Of a DNA stretch of 64,000 nt, positions 1 through 9,728 are shown one piece after another (the first letter of the stretch is position 1; each line of letters starts with the position of its first letter). The notes beneath the pieces are model-generated. The model was not told where the DNA came from, ran no database searches, and saw nothing but the letters and a program-made list of their open reading frames with translations. The translations under genes and the position numbers were made by a program. Source of the DNA: Calditrichia bacterium (lineage in GTDB: Bacteria > Calditrichota > Calditrichia > JAJRVZ01); contig CAWCNS010000006.1 in the NCBI GenBank assembly GCA_963796965.1, positions 160,001-224,000 of the forward strand, in the 5' to 3' direction.

Positions 1-1731
1 TTTTCTATTTAAAGCATCGACAGCCATCAATTCGGCTAATTCCATATAATCTGCTACACGGCCTGCAAATTCAAGATTCTTATTCATTGAATCAGCAGAT
101 CCGGCAACCTTTACATTTTGCCAAAATTCATCTCGGATTTTGGGAATTTCTTTTATGGCATGTTTAAGACCTTCTTCATTTCTACTCATTCCTACATAGT
201 CCCATAAAACACTTCCGATTTCCCGGTGAAATTCCTTAACAGTTTTATTCCCTTTAATCGATAATAATTTTTGATCTTTTTCTCCAACCTCAGAAAGTGC
301 TTCCTTAAAAGCCTCGTCTTCAGTAGAAGATTTTTTTAGTTCAGTGCCAGCAAGATAGTCACCTATTGTATACGGAATGACAAAATACCCATCCGAAAGT
401 CCCTGCATTAAGGCGCTGGCTCCTAACCGATTTGCTCCATGATCAGAAAAATTGGCTTCTCCAAGGACAAATAACCCAGGAACAGTACTCATTAGATTAT
501 AATCTACCCATAGACCGCCCATCGTATAATGTACAGCAGGATATATGCGCATTGGTACTTGATAGGCATCCTCATCCGTAATAAGTTTATACATTTCGAA
601 TAAGTTTCCATAACGTTCTTCAATCGTTTTACTTCCCAATCTCTCAATGGCATAAGCAAAATCAAGATAGACCGCGAGTCCAGTATCACCAATACCCCGG
701 TCTTCATCACAGACTGCTTTAGCATTTCGGGAAGCTACATCTCGTGGAACCATATTTCCAAAGGTTGGATACCGTCTCTCAAGATAATAATCACGGTCCT
801 CGTTTGGAATTTCACCAGGTGCACGTTTATCATCCTCATTTTTCGGAACCCAAACACGCCCATCATTTCTTAAACTTTCACTCATCAATGTTAGTTTAGA
901 TTGATAATCACCCGATCGGGGGATACAGGTTGGATGGATTTGGACATAACAAGGATTTCCAAAATAAGCTCCCTTTTTGTGAGCACGCCAAATGGCACTG
1001 GCATTTGAATTCACTGCAAGGGTGCTAAGATAATAGGCTGTTCCATAACCACCTGTCGCCAGAATAACCGCATCTGCTAAGTGTGATTCATACTCCCCAG
1101 TAACAATATTGCGTGTTATAATTCCACGCGCTTTTCCATCAACAAGAACCAGGTCAACCATCTCATGTCGGGAATAAATTTGGACGGTACCCTCTCCAAC
1201 CTGGCGCATTAATGCACTATATGCACCAAGGAGTAATTGTTGACCGGTTTGTCCTCGGGCATAAAATGTTCTTGAGACAAGAGCCCCACCAAATGATCGG
1301 TTTGCAAATAAACCACCATATTCTCGCGCAAATGGAACTCCCTGGGCAACACATTGATCAATGATTTCATTACTTACCTGTGCAAGACGATAGACATTTG
1401 CTTCCCTTGCTCGATAATCCCCACCTTTAATAGTATCATAAAACAAGCGCCAGATGCTGTCCCCATCATTTTGATAATTTTTTGCTGCATTTATTCCACC
1501 CTGAGCTCCAATACTATGAGCCCGGCGAGGTGAATCCTGAATACAAAAGTTCTTAACATTATAACCCAACTCACCCAAAGAGGCAGCCGCTGAAGCCCCA
1601 CCTAATCCTGTTCCAACAACAATAATATTGAATTTTCTTTTATTTGCAGGATTCACAACACGCATCTCAAATTGATGTTTATCCCATTTTTGAGCAAGAG
1701 GTCCTGTTGGTATTTTTGAATCTAGTTTCAT
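1..1731 (-). CDS. sdhA: Succinate dehydrogenase/fumarate reductase flavoprotein subunit (3' end runs off the window)
   Basis: Manual translation from ATG 1731 (ATGA overlap with sdhC stop): MKLDSKIP...[15 protein letters not shown] (FAD), [25 protein letters not shown]; same frame at checked positions to the window edge. Confidence 0.95.
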   Translation of the reverse strand, partial: MKLDSKIPTGPLAQKWDKHQFEMRVVNPANKRKFNIIVVGTGLGGASAAASLGELGYNVKNFCIQDSPRRAHSIGAQGGINAAKNYQNDGDSIWRLFYDTIKGGDYRAREANVYRLAQVSNEIIDQCVAQGVPFAREYGGLFANRSFGGALVSRTFYARGQTGQQLLLGAYSALMRQVGEGTVQIYSRHEMVDLVLVDGKARGIITRNIVTGEYESHLADAVILATGGYGTAYYLSTLAVNSNASAIWRAHKKGAYFGNPCYVQIHPTCIPRSGDYQSKLTLMSESLRNDGRVWVPKNEDDKRAPGEIPNEDRDYYLERRYPTFGNMVPRDVASRNAKAVCDEDRGIGDTGLAVYLDFAYAIERLGSKTIEERYGNLFEMYKLITDEDAYQVPMRIYPAVHYTMGGLWVDYNLMSTVPGLFVLGEANFSDHGANRLGASALMQGLSDGYFVIPYTIGDYLAGTELKKSSTEDEAFKEALSEVGEKDQKLLSIKGNKTVKEFHREIGSVLWDYVGMSRNEEGLKHAIKEIPKIRDEFWQNVKVAGSADSMNKNLEFAGRVADYMELAELMAVDALNRK

Positions 1732-2423
1732 AGTGCCCCTCCGGTTACAAAATAAATCCATAATGGTAAAAAGATAAATCCAATTGCCATAATTACTGCA
1801 AAAACGCTTCCCGCAGTGAAGATAATGGGTGTAAAGCGTATGCCATTAAGGCCCAATGATTGGAAGGCACTCCAAAATCCGTGACTTAGATGAAATCCAA
1901 GCAAAATCATAACGACTATATATAGGATAACATTAATTATATTTCCATAAAATTGATATACCAAGACATATAAATCTCTTACAACCTTACCATCAGATGT
2001 TGTATATATAATAATTTCACCAAATTTAAAATGCATCAAGTGCCAAATAAGAAATACTATTATTACAATTCCGGTATAGATCATTGTTGTAGATGCCAAT
2101 GATTTTTTACTTGTGTGATTTGCATTTTTTACAACGGCATATCCCTGGGGTCGGGCTCTCCAATTATTAATTGTTACTATAATTGCATAAGTCATATGAA
2201 TAATAAATACCGAGGCCAGCATTAATTCTGCCAGATAAATTACTGTTCCCAGCTCCTGCGTTAAAAAATGGGAATACTTATTAAAAGGATCTTTATCTGG
2301 AATGAGAAGAGTTATATTGCCGATCAGATGGATGACAATGAAGCCGCAGAGCATAAGACCGGTCAACCCCATAAAGATTTTCTTGCCGAGGGAGGAAAAT
2401 GTAGACATAGAAAATCGCATCAT
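1728..2423 (-). CDS. sdhC: Succinate dehydrogenase cytochrome b subunit
   Basis: KKIFMGLTG...HLIGN and [17 protein letters not shown] heme-ligand helices; directly upstream of sdhA. Confidence 0.92.
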   Translation of the reverse strand: MMRFSMSTFSSLGKKIFMGLTGLMLCGFIVIHLIGNITLLIPDKDPFNKYSHFLTQELGTVIYLAELMLASVFIIHMTYAIIVTINNWRARPQGYAVVKNANHTSKKSLASTTMIYTGIVIIVFLIWHLMHFKFGEIIIYTTSDGKVVRDLYVLVYQFYGNIINVILYIVVMILLGFHLSHGFWSAFQSLGLNGIRFTPIIFTAGSVFAVIMAIGFIFLPLWIYFVTGGAL

Positions 2424-2574
2424 TTCTTCGCTCCGATGATTAAGTGGTTGGTTGGATGGATAAAATAGTTAGTCAGAATAATATATAAATTCTTTGTTTT
2501 AAATCCGTAGACCTCCAATTTTTAAATAACTGATTGAGCATTTAATTTTGGGAATGAAATAAAGATCAGAAATG

Positions 2575-2632
2575 TTGTGAATTTTTTTTCAATCCTCATG
2601 AAAAACTTAAAGGCGGGCGTCAATAAATGCAA
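2575..2632 (-). promoter_or_regulatory. Putative sdhCA sigma-70 promoter (TTGCAT-N17-TAAGTT) with downstream Rex-like operator
   Basis: -35 at 2632-2627, -10 at 2609-2604; TTGTGAATTTTTTTTCAA at 2575-2592 has 2 mismatches to TTGTGAA-N4-TTCACAA. Confidence 0.45.
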
Positions 2633-2745
2633 ACATTTTTTATTCTGGATTACATCATATTGACCAATTAGAAGAAAAATGCAAAATAATATTATTTACA
2701 TGTTAAAACTAGTACAACAGAAAAATACTTTTTTTTAATAAAATT

Positions 2746-3525
2746 TTATTTAAGTGTTTCAAGTAATAGAATTTTCACAGCTTCCCAAGACCTCTTATCG
2801 GCATTATAATTATATGCTTCGCCGCTCGATGGCTCAAAACCCAATTCATAATATGTAAATCCATGAACAGCTCCTCCATAAGCATTAATTTGCCAGTCAT
2901 TATTCTCACTGTTCATTTCAACCTTAAAAGATTCTAATTCTTCCCTGGGTATTTTCGGATCATCAGATCCCATTAAAATTAGAATTGGACATTTAATTTT
3001 CTGGTTAGTTTCAGTCTTCAGAGGGGTAAGTTTTCCGAAATAGTTTACTGTAGCAGATAAATTGGCGCCACTTCTTGCAAGTTCCATAGCAACCATACCC
3101 CCAAAGCCATATCCAATGACTGCTATTCGTGAGGCATCTACTTTTGAATGATCAGTTAAATTGCCTAAACCTAATTGTGCTCTTTGTGGTATCAATGTTT
3201 GATCTTCACCGAAAAAAGGTTCTAATAGTTTATCCATATCGGTCATATCATTAATAATAATATCTTTACCAAATAGATCCAATGCAAATGCAATATAACC
3301 GAGTTTGGCCAACTCCTCCGCTCTTTTTTTTGTAAAATCATTCAGCCCATATTTGTCATGTATAATCAGAACACCGCCTCGCTTTGATTTAAGCAACTTA
3401 TCATAGGCGAGAAATCCTTCAAGTTCTACATCTCCATCCTGATATAAAATGAGTTCGGTCTTGACCTGTGCCTGGATAATTGAGGTAAGAACGAAAAATG
3501 AAATCATGATAATGAAAGTCTTCAT
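2746..3525 (-). CDS. Dienelactone hydrolase family protein with signal peptide; nucleophile position is Gly
   Basis: GYIAFALDLFG, IAVIGYGFGG, GSDDP, AVHGFT, ADKRSW motifs. Confidence 0.85.
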   Translation of the reverse strand: MKTFIIMISFFVLTSIIQAQVKTELILYQDGDVELEGFLAYDKLLKSKRGGVLIIHDKYGLNDFTKKRAEELAKLGYIAFALDLFGKDIIINDMTDMDKLLEPFFGEDQTLIPQRAQLGLGNLTDHSKVDASRIAVIGYGFGGMVAMELARSGANLSATVNYFGKLTPLKTETNQKIKCPILILMGSDDPKIPREELESFKVEMNSENNDWQINAYGGAVHGFTYYELGFEPSSGEAYNYNADKRSWEAVKILLLETLK

Positions 3526-3783
3526 GCTCAGCCCCTTTTTTTTTACACCTCCTACATTTTATGCCCTATATAAGCATATTTAGAGATATCTATTATAAGT
3601 TTAATAAATGCTCTTATCACATAAAATTGATAGATATGTACTGAAATATGAAACCCATGTCTTAACTAAAATTATTCTCCCTAAATCTAAATTCGTCATA
3701 TTTTTAAAAATCTTAGATAAAAATTTGTAATATTTTTATTCTGCGGGTAATTTCCAACGAATTTTAACCTTATTGAGGAATAG

Positions 3784-4332
3784 ATGTCCAGATTACTAAA
3801 AAAACTGATTATTATATTTTCAATTATCGTTTTCATTCTATTTTTATCTCTTTTAGTAGCAGCATGGTCACTGGGAGCATTTGCCCCTGTTACATTGAGT
3901 TTAAAAGAGCAGGGTCCCTATTATTTTCTTACTTCAAAAACAATGATCTATTATAAAGATATTCCTCAACAACTGGAAAATATTAATAGGTTTTCTGGTC
4001 AAGGAAATCATAATTTTGGACGTTCTGGTGCTTTAATTTATTCAGATCTAACAAAGATTCCTCTTGATGAAATAGTAGTTCAAGCCGGATATATTGTCTT
4101 TGATTCGCTTGAGGTTGATACAAATTTAATAATAATAGAGATTGATAAAAGAAAAGTGTTAGTAGTTACTATCGAGACAAATCCATCAATTGCCGTCTTT
4201 AAAATTTATCCATCTCTTATGAATTGGTTGGAAAGAAACAGAAAATCTTATCATTTCAACTTTCCTGCTCTTGAATTATATAAAGACATGAATTTTACTT
4301 TGGAAATCCCCCTAATATCTAATAAAAAATAA
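3784..4332 (+). CDS. Hypothetical protein with N-terminal membrane anchor (possibly GyrI-like effector-binding fold)
   Basis: 182-aa ORF with GAGGA RBS; N-terminal hydrophobic helix. Confidence 0.6.
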   Translation: MSRLLKKLIIIFSIIVFILFLSLLVAAWSLGAFAPVTLSLKEQGPYYFLTSKTMIYYKDIPQQLENINRFSGQGNHNFGRSGALIYSDLTKIPLDEIVVQAGYIVFDSLEVDTNLIIIEIDKRKVLVVTIETNPSIAVFKIYPSLMNWLERNRKSYHFNFPALELYKDMNFTLEIPLISNKK

Positions 4333-4436
4333 AAAATCATATTATATTTCATGATTTTATAATCCCAAGTAATTTTAGCATTCTTATTCTATATTTCCTA
4401 AGAACCAGAAAATAAATTGAAAGAATAGAAAAATAT

Positions 4437-5556
4437 ATGAGAATAAAGACTACTAATTTAACGAATACTAAAAAAGAGCGATGTTTACTTATCGGCGTAT
4501 CGACACCAAATGAAACCAAACATAATGTTAAGCATAATCTTTCCGAGCTTTCTGATTTAGTCCTTACCGCTGAGGGATTTGTTGTTGACAAGATAATACA
4601 AGAGCGTAAGAGATATGATTCTGCCTATTATATTGGTAAGGGGAAAGCCAACCAAATTGCACAGAGAATTCAGATAGAATCGATAGACATGGTTATATTT
4701 GATAATGAACTGAGCCCGGCCCAAATTAGAAATTGGGAAAAACTTACTGAGATTAAAGTTATAGACCGTTCTGCCTTAATATTGGATATTTTCGCTTCCC
4801 ATGCCCGCAGTCGGGAAGCCCGTACGCAGGTAGAACTTGCCCAATTAACCTATCTCTTACCACGTTTAACACGTCAATGGAGTCATCTTTCTCGTCAAGT
4901 TGGGGGTATTGGCACAAAAGGCCCTGGTGAAACACAGCTTGAGACTGACAGACGCTTGGTGCGAACACGTATTTCTCATCTAAAAAAAGATTTCGACTCG
5001 TATTGAACGTCAAAGAAATACACAGCGAAAAAGAGCCGGTAATTTCATTCGCGTTTCACTTATTGGATATACAAATGCGGGGAAGTCGACTTTACTCAAT
5101 ATTTTAACTGGGGCAGATGTCCTGGTTGAAAATAAATTATTTGCTACACTTGATACAACAACTCGACGGTTAAGAATAAATAGAGATAAAACTATATTGA
5201 TTTCTGATACAGTTGGATTTATAAATAAATTACCCCATCATTTAATTGCCTCATTTCAATCGACCTTAGCCCAGACAAATGAGGCGGACTTGTTATTACA
5301 CGTTGTAGATATAAGCGATCCTGCTTATTCAGAACACATAGAAGTCGTGAGGAAACTAATGGGAAAGATGAATATCGAAGAAAAGCCTACATTTATTATA
5401 TTTAATAAGGTTGACAAAGTAGAGGGATATTCTACACTACAGTTTGCTCAAGAAAAATATCCAGATGCTTTATTAATTTCCGCAAAAAAAAATATACGGG
5501 TTGAGAAAATAAAAGAAAAATTGGCTCGTTTGAGTCTATCCAATGCGAACTATTAA
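4437..5556 (+). CDS. hflX: GTPase HflX (frameshift at A-homopolymer ~4982-4990)
   Basis: ELSPAQIRNWE, GPGETQLETDRR, GYTNAGKST, DTVGFI, NKVD. Confidence 0.93.
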
Positions 5557-5716
5557 ATATATATTTATTGAAACTAATCGAAATAAGATAATATTTTCAA
5601 CATTCATTTATCAAATCCCATGTATAGTTTATCAGTTAAATTGACTATAAACACACGATAATGGGCCCTTGCCAACAGTATTATAAATCTACACTAAAAT
5701 TATTGTTTTAAAATCC

Positions 5717-5744
5717 TATAAAAGGAGAATTATGCCTCCTTATA
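5717..5744. terminator. Hairpin between convergent hflX and the peptide cluster
   Basis: tataaaaggag-aattatgc-ctccttata inverted repeat 20 nt past the last peptide stop. Confidence 0.5.
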
Positions 5745-5764
5745 ACTTTTGAGATATCCAATAT

Positions 5765-5950
5765 CTATTTTTCAGATTTTTCGGCAAGATTTATTACAAC
5801 ATTCATTGAAGGCGGTAACGGTAATGATGTTGAAGCATAAGTTTTTGTTCCAATAAGACTCTTAATTGTTGAATTAATCTGTGGGGACGCGGAGCCAACA
5901 ATTGACAATATGAAAGCAGTAATTACTATTGATCCCAATATTTTTTTCAT
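5765..5950 (-). CDS. Small exported/membrane-anchored peptide D, 61 aa (core TYASTSLPLPP)
   Basis: RBS TAAGGAG, MKK plus hydrophobic leader, Pro-rich segment. Confidence 0.8.
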   Translation of the reverse strand: MKKILGSIVITAFILSIVGSASPQINSTIKSLIGTKTYASTSLPLPPSMNVVINLAEKSEK

Positions 5951-5993
5951 CCTAATACTCCTTAGACAGTTTAATATAGTTTGTCAAAAAATT

Positions 5994-6155
5994 TTATTCT
6001 TTTGGTGGAACTTTTGGCGGCTTAGCTGGAACGATTGATGAATATTCAGTCCCACTACTCAACTCTTGATCCAATCCTTTATCATTTATGGGAAGAGATA
6101 ATAAATACATCAACAACAGAGACGCTGCTATGAGCGTAAATAATAATTTCTTCAT
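5994..6155 (-). CDS. Small peptide C, 53 aa: MKKLLFTLIAASLLLMYLLSLPINDKGLDQELSSGTEYSSIVPAKPPKVPPKE
   Basis: Manual translation; RBS TAGGAG; only synonymous differences from copy B over 53 codons. Confidence 0.88.
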   Translation of the reverse strand: MKKLLFTLIAASLLLMYLLSLPINDKGLDQELSSGTEYSSIVPAKPPKVPPKE

Positions 6156-6438
6156 TTTAATTTTCTCCTATAATAAATAATGACTATTCAACTTCTTTTG
6201 GTGGAACTTTTGGTGGTTTCGCTGGAACGATTGATGAATATTCAGTCCCACTACTCAACTCTTGATCCAATCCTTTATCATTTATGGGAAGAGATAATAA
6301 ATACATCAACAATAGAGACGCTGCTATGAGTGTAAATAATAATTTCTTCATTTTAATTTTCTCCTATAATAAATAATGACTATTCAACTTCTTTTGGTGG
6401 AACTTTTGGTGGTTTCGCTGGAACGATTGATGAATATT
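5997..6438. repeat. 196-bp-period tandem repeat (three copies of a ~50-bp core, two near-identical full units)
   Basis: Core TTCTTTTGGTGGAACTTTTGG...GCTGGAACGATTGATGAATATT starts at 5997, 6193 and 6389. Confidence 0.95.
6184..6351 (-). CDS. Small peptide B, 55 aa: MKKLLFTLIAASLLLMYLLSLPINDKGLDQELSSGTEYSSIVPAKPPKVPPKEVE
   Basis: Manual translation; RBS TAGGAG; TAG stop at 6184-6186. Confidence 0.88.
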   Translation of the reverse strand: MKKLLFTLIAASLLLMYLLSLPINDKGLDQELSSGTEYSSIVPAKPPKVPPKEVE

Positions 6439-6547
6439 GATCTCCACTACTGAAATTCTCATTAACGGTAAGTGTCATGGTTGGAAACATAAATAAGAAG
6501 GATAAGAGTGCTAATCCCAGTAGAATCGTGATTATTATCTTTTTCAT
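6380..6547 (-). CDS. Small peptide A, 55 aa: MKKIIITILLGLALLSFLFMFPTMTLTVNENFSSGDQYSSIVPAKPPKVPPKEVE
   Basis: Manual translation; RBS TGGAG; divergent leader, same length and core as B. Confidence 0.88.
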   Translation of the reverse strand: MKKIIITILLGLALLSFLFMFPTMTLTVNENFSSGDQYSSIVPAKPPKVPPKEVE

Positions 6548-7037
6548 TTGAAATTCTCCATTTACAATTATTTTCTATTTATTTGATCACATTATTAATT
6601 ATATTATCCATATTTTAAGTATAGATCATAAAAATTAGCTGTATTAAACAATATATAAATACGACAAATTGATTTTTGATACTAAAATCATATTTATCAT
6701 TCTTGATATCTTGTTACAGTCTAACACTAGATGTAAGCTTGATAATATGCTATACTAAAATAATGAAAATTATAGGGGATTATAAAAAGTGAGTAGTAAT
6801 AAATAAATAATATAAACTTTAATGTGCAAAGTCATTTGTCTACTACTATAAATCTATTCCCCAAGCCCATTTATTGCAATGGCAATAAATCCAAATAGAA
6901 TATATAATAATTGATATGAAAATGCAATATAATAATAAAAATTAATCTTTATTAAGATTGTGGTAGGAATACAATAATTTCAAAATTGTATTTATGATAG
7001 GACGATTGATGAATTTATCGTCAAATGGTAGACCAAT

Positions 7038-8558
7038 TTAAGTAAGTGCTCCTCTAATCTTTTCTGTCATGTGCTCTAAACGATAAGGTTTTTCCAAATA
7101 CGCAACAATACCCATTTTTTCCAATTCTCTTTTCTTTTCAATCTCCCCCATTCCAGAGGCAATAATTACTTTTATATTCGGATTCAATTGTTTCAAATTT
7201 TCAAAACATACCTTTCCATTCATCTCAGGCATTAAAAGATCAAGTATAACCAGACTGACTTCGTCAGTATACTTTTTATAAATATCTAACCCCTCAATCC
7301 CTGAAGCAGCCAATAATACTTTAAAACCTAGAATATTTAGCATATCACGAGCCATTTCACGGATCATTTTTTCATCATCGATCACTAAAATTGATTGCCC
7401 GTTTCCAATGGGCTTCATAATGAATTCTGTAGCATCTTTTTCAATAGATTTTTCAGCAGCGGGTAAATATAAGGTAAAGGTTGTCCCGGAGCCAGGTATA
7501 CTATTTACCTCAATTTTCCCCCCTGCGTTTTTAACAATACCATATACCATTGATAAACCCAAACCCGTCCCTTTACCTGGACCCTTGGTAGTATAAAAGG
7601 GATCAAAAATATGTTCAAGCTTTTGCGCTTCAATACCTTCCCCAGTATCTGCTATTTGAAAACATACGTAATGACCTGGAAAAAGACCTTTTTTTTCAAC
7701 TCCTGAACTGTGATCCACAAAATAATTTCTTGCAGCAAATATAATTTTCCCTTCACCTTCCATTGCGTCTTTAGAATTTATTGATAGGTTCATTAGGATT
7801 TGTTGTAAACTAGTCGCATCAATTTTAGCAAAGTTTAAATTGTTGGGAAAATCCACTTTAATTTCAATACTTTTATCAAAAAGTTTTCTAATAATATCAA
7901 TTGTTTCCTTGGCAGCCTTGGTAAAATTTATAATTTGACCCTTTTTTTCTTTATCATTTCGGGCAAAATTTAATAGTTTTCTTACAATTTCTGCTGCCCT
8001 ATAGGCTGATTTTTGGATTGCTTCTGCTCGTGCAAAATTATTTGGATCATTCTCACTTGTCATTTTGATTAGCTCAGCATTTGGGATTATTCCCGTTAAT
8101 ATATTGTTAAATTCGTGGGCAACGCCACTCGCCAACATCCCAATACTTTCCATTTTTTGTGCTTGCAAGAGTTGTTGTTGCATCTTTTTAATATATGTCA
8201 TATCCTTAATCAGCACTGACATTCCAATAACCTGATTTGTAGGATCATTAATATTATTAATTGTTAACAATGCCGGGAATCGTTTGTCAGTAGATGAATA
8301 CAAATCAATCTCAAAATCTTTAATAAAACCTTCGTCATCAAGAAGTGTTTTTATATTATTTATATACAATTGTTCTCTGACTATTTCATCAAAAAAATTT
8401 ACATCTATCACTGATTCTTTATAAGATAACATTTCCATAGCTGAAAGATTGAGGTAAATGAAATTTCCAGATTTATTTATCGTACAAAAACCGTCTTTTA
8501 ATTCTTCAACGATAGTGACTAATCTAGGAACCCCATAATCACTTTTTTTTAACAACAT
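7038..8558 (-). CDS. Soluble hybrid sensor histidine kinase (PAS-HisKA-HATPase_c-REC, CckA-like)
   Basis: H-box GMLASGVAHEFNN, N-box LMNLSINSKDA, DTGEGI, GKGTGLGL, receiver IDDE...LVILDLLMP...KPY; no TM helix. Confidence 0.93.
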   Translation of the reverse strand: MLLKKSDYGVPRLVTIVEELKDGFCTINKSGNFIYLNLSAMEMLSYKESVIDVNFFDEIVREQLYINNIKTLLDDEGFIKDFEIDLYSSTDKRFPALLTINNINDPTNQVIGMSVLIKDMTYIKKMQQQLLQAQKMESIGMLASGVAHEFNNILTGIIPNAELIKMTSENDPNNFARAEAIQKSAYRAAEIVRKLLNFARNDKEKKGQIINFTKAAKETIDIIRKLFDKSIEIKVDFPNNLNFAKIDATSLQQILMNLSINSKDAMEGEGKIIFAARNYFVDHSSGVEKKGLFPGHYVCFQIADTGEGIEAQKLEHIFDPFYTTKGPGKGTGLGLSMVYGIVKNAGGKIEVNSIPGSGTTFTLYLPAAEKSIEKDATEFIMKPIGNGQSILVIDDEKMIREMARDMLNILGFKVLLAASGIEGLDIYKKYTDEVSLVILDLLMPEMNGKVCFENLKQLNPNIKVIIASGMGEIEKKRELEKMGIVAYLEKPYRLEHMTEKIRGALT

Positions 8559-9666
8559 TTATTTTCCGGATTTATTAATGTTTTGCTTTTTAAAAAAGAA
8601 TCCCATAGCATCATACCATCTTTTATGCCAGGTAATAATAGCTAAGAACAGCCGATATGAGTAATGCTAATATTAATATAAGTATGTTCATTTTTATAAA
8701 TATTTGAAAATTATCAAAAGTGAATAAATAAATTCCAAGAAAAACCATAACTATAATTCCTGTAAATACTAGAGATCTGTTCATGCTTGAATAAAATGAT
8801 ATTAACATTCCTTTCCTCGGCTTTTCTACAAAACCTTGAAGCATATAATAGTTTTCAATGTACTTCTCATTTTTTTGTGATTCTGGATGAATAAGATAAA
8901 TTATTCTGACTATCCAAAGAACGCTAAGAATAAGATATAAAACGAAATTAAAATACTGAACAAACAAAAAGAAGATGGCATTGTTTGGCATACTAAATGT
9001 GTGTAGTATTTCAATACCAATAATCACTGTATATACAGAAATAATATTTGAGAGATATTCTGAAAAAAGCAATTTAGTTCGGGTATATTGATGCCAAAAT
9101 ACTGCAAGTAGTGAAAAATTAATTAAATTTATGTAGTAAGAATGGGTAAATAATGGCTCTAAACCATCTAGGAATTCACTATATAAAAAAATTGGGCCAT
9201 ATATTATCAATGATATTATTAAAGTAAAGCTAACTGACCATAGTACAATTTTGTTCTTTCCTCTTGCGGGAGATAGAGACAAAAAAAAGAGATAAAAAGT
9301 AATGAACAATTGAAAGACAACAATGTATATATAAGTTACATGGTAAATTATATATACAGTTAATGTAGAGAATATATTGTTTGTAAAGATATAAAATAAG
9401 ACAAGAACAACATATGGAGTGTACCAAATACTTAATATTAGAACCAAAGTTTTATTCACTTTGCTCTGTCTGAAATTTATCCATGATATACACGCAATTA
9501 TATAATGAAAATTTAAATTAACATAATAAATCAGGTCCTGACCATCATGTATAATACTTACTTGTAATAAACGCAAAATTATTAGAAATAGTAATTCACA
9601 AACCAAAAGTTTATATAAAATGTTTAATCTTGAATTATTCATCAATAATAGTTTTTTTAAACACAT
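8559..9666 (-). CDS. Uncharacterised polytopic membrane protein (~10 TM); probable indel near 8640
   Basis: 347-aa ORF 9666-8623; an alternative frame continues AIITWHKRWYDAMGFFFKKQNINKSGK to TAA at 8559-8561, abutting the kinase ATG. Confidence 0.75.
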
Positions 9667-9728
9667 GTATAAAGTACGAAAATTCTATTAATTAGATTTA
9701 TTTCTCTCATCAAATATAAAATGACTAA

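Noticed and set aside
4981..4990. Programmed frameshift or phase variation in hflX (and similar sites in lepA, smpB, dacB)
   Set aside because: Indistinguishable from the pervasive indel errors in this window.
5721..5752. Plus-strand micro-ORF MPPYNF behind AAAGGAG
   Set aside because: Six codons; the GGAG is explained as one arm of the terminator hairpin.
5997..6438. CRISPR array
   Set aside because: Intervening ~146-bp segments are near-identical rather than unique, units are RBS-bearing ORFs with silent changes, and no cas genes are present.
5765..6547. RiPP/bacteriocin or AgrD precursor cluster
   Set aside because: No Cys, no double-glycine leader, and no modifying enzyme, AgrB or peptidase-ABC exporter nearby; distant enzymes cannot be excluded.
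7002..7014. 13-nt match ACGATTGATGAAT to the peptide core as a fifth copy
   Set aside because: No leader, RBS or Pro-rich continuation; part of a local hairpin and plausibly chance in AT-rich DNA.
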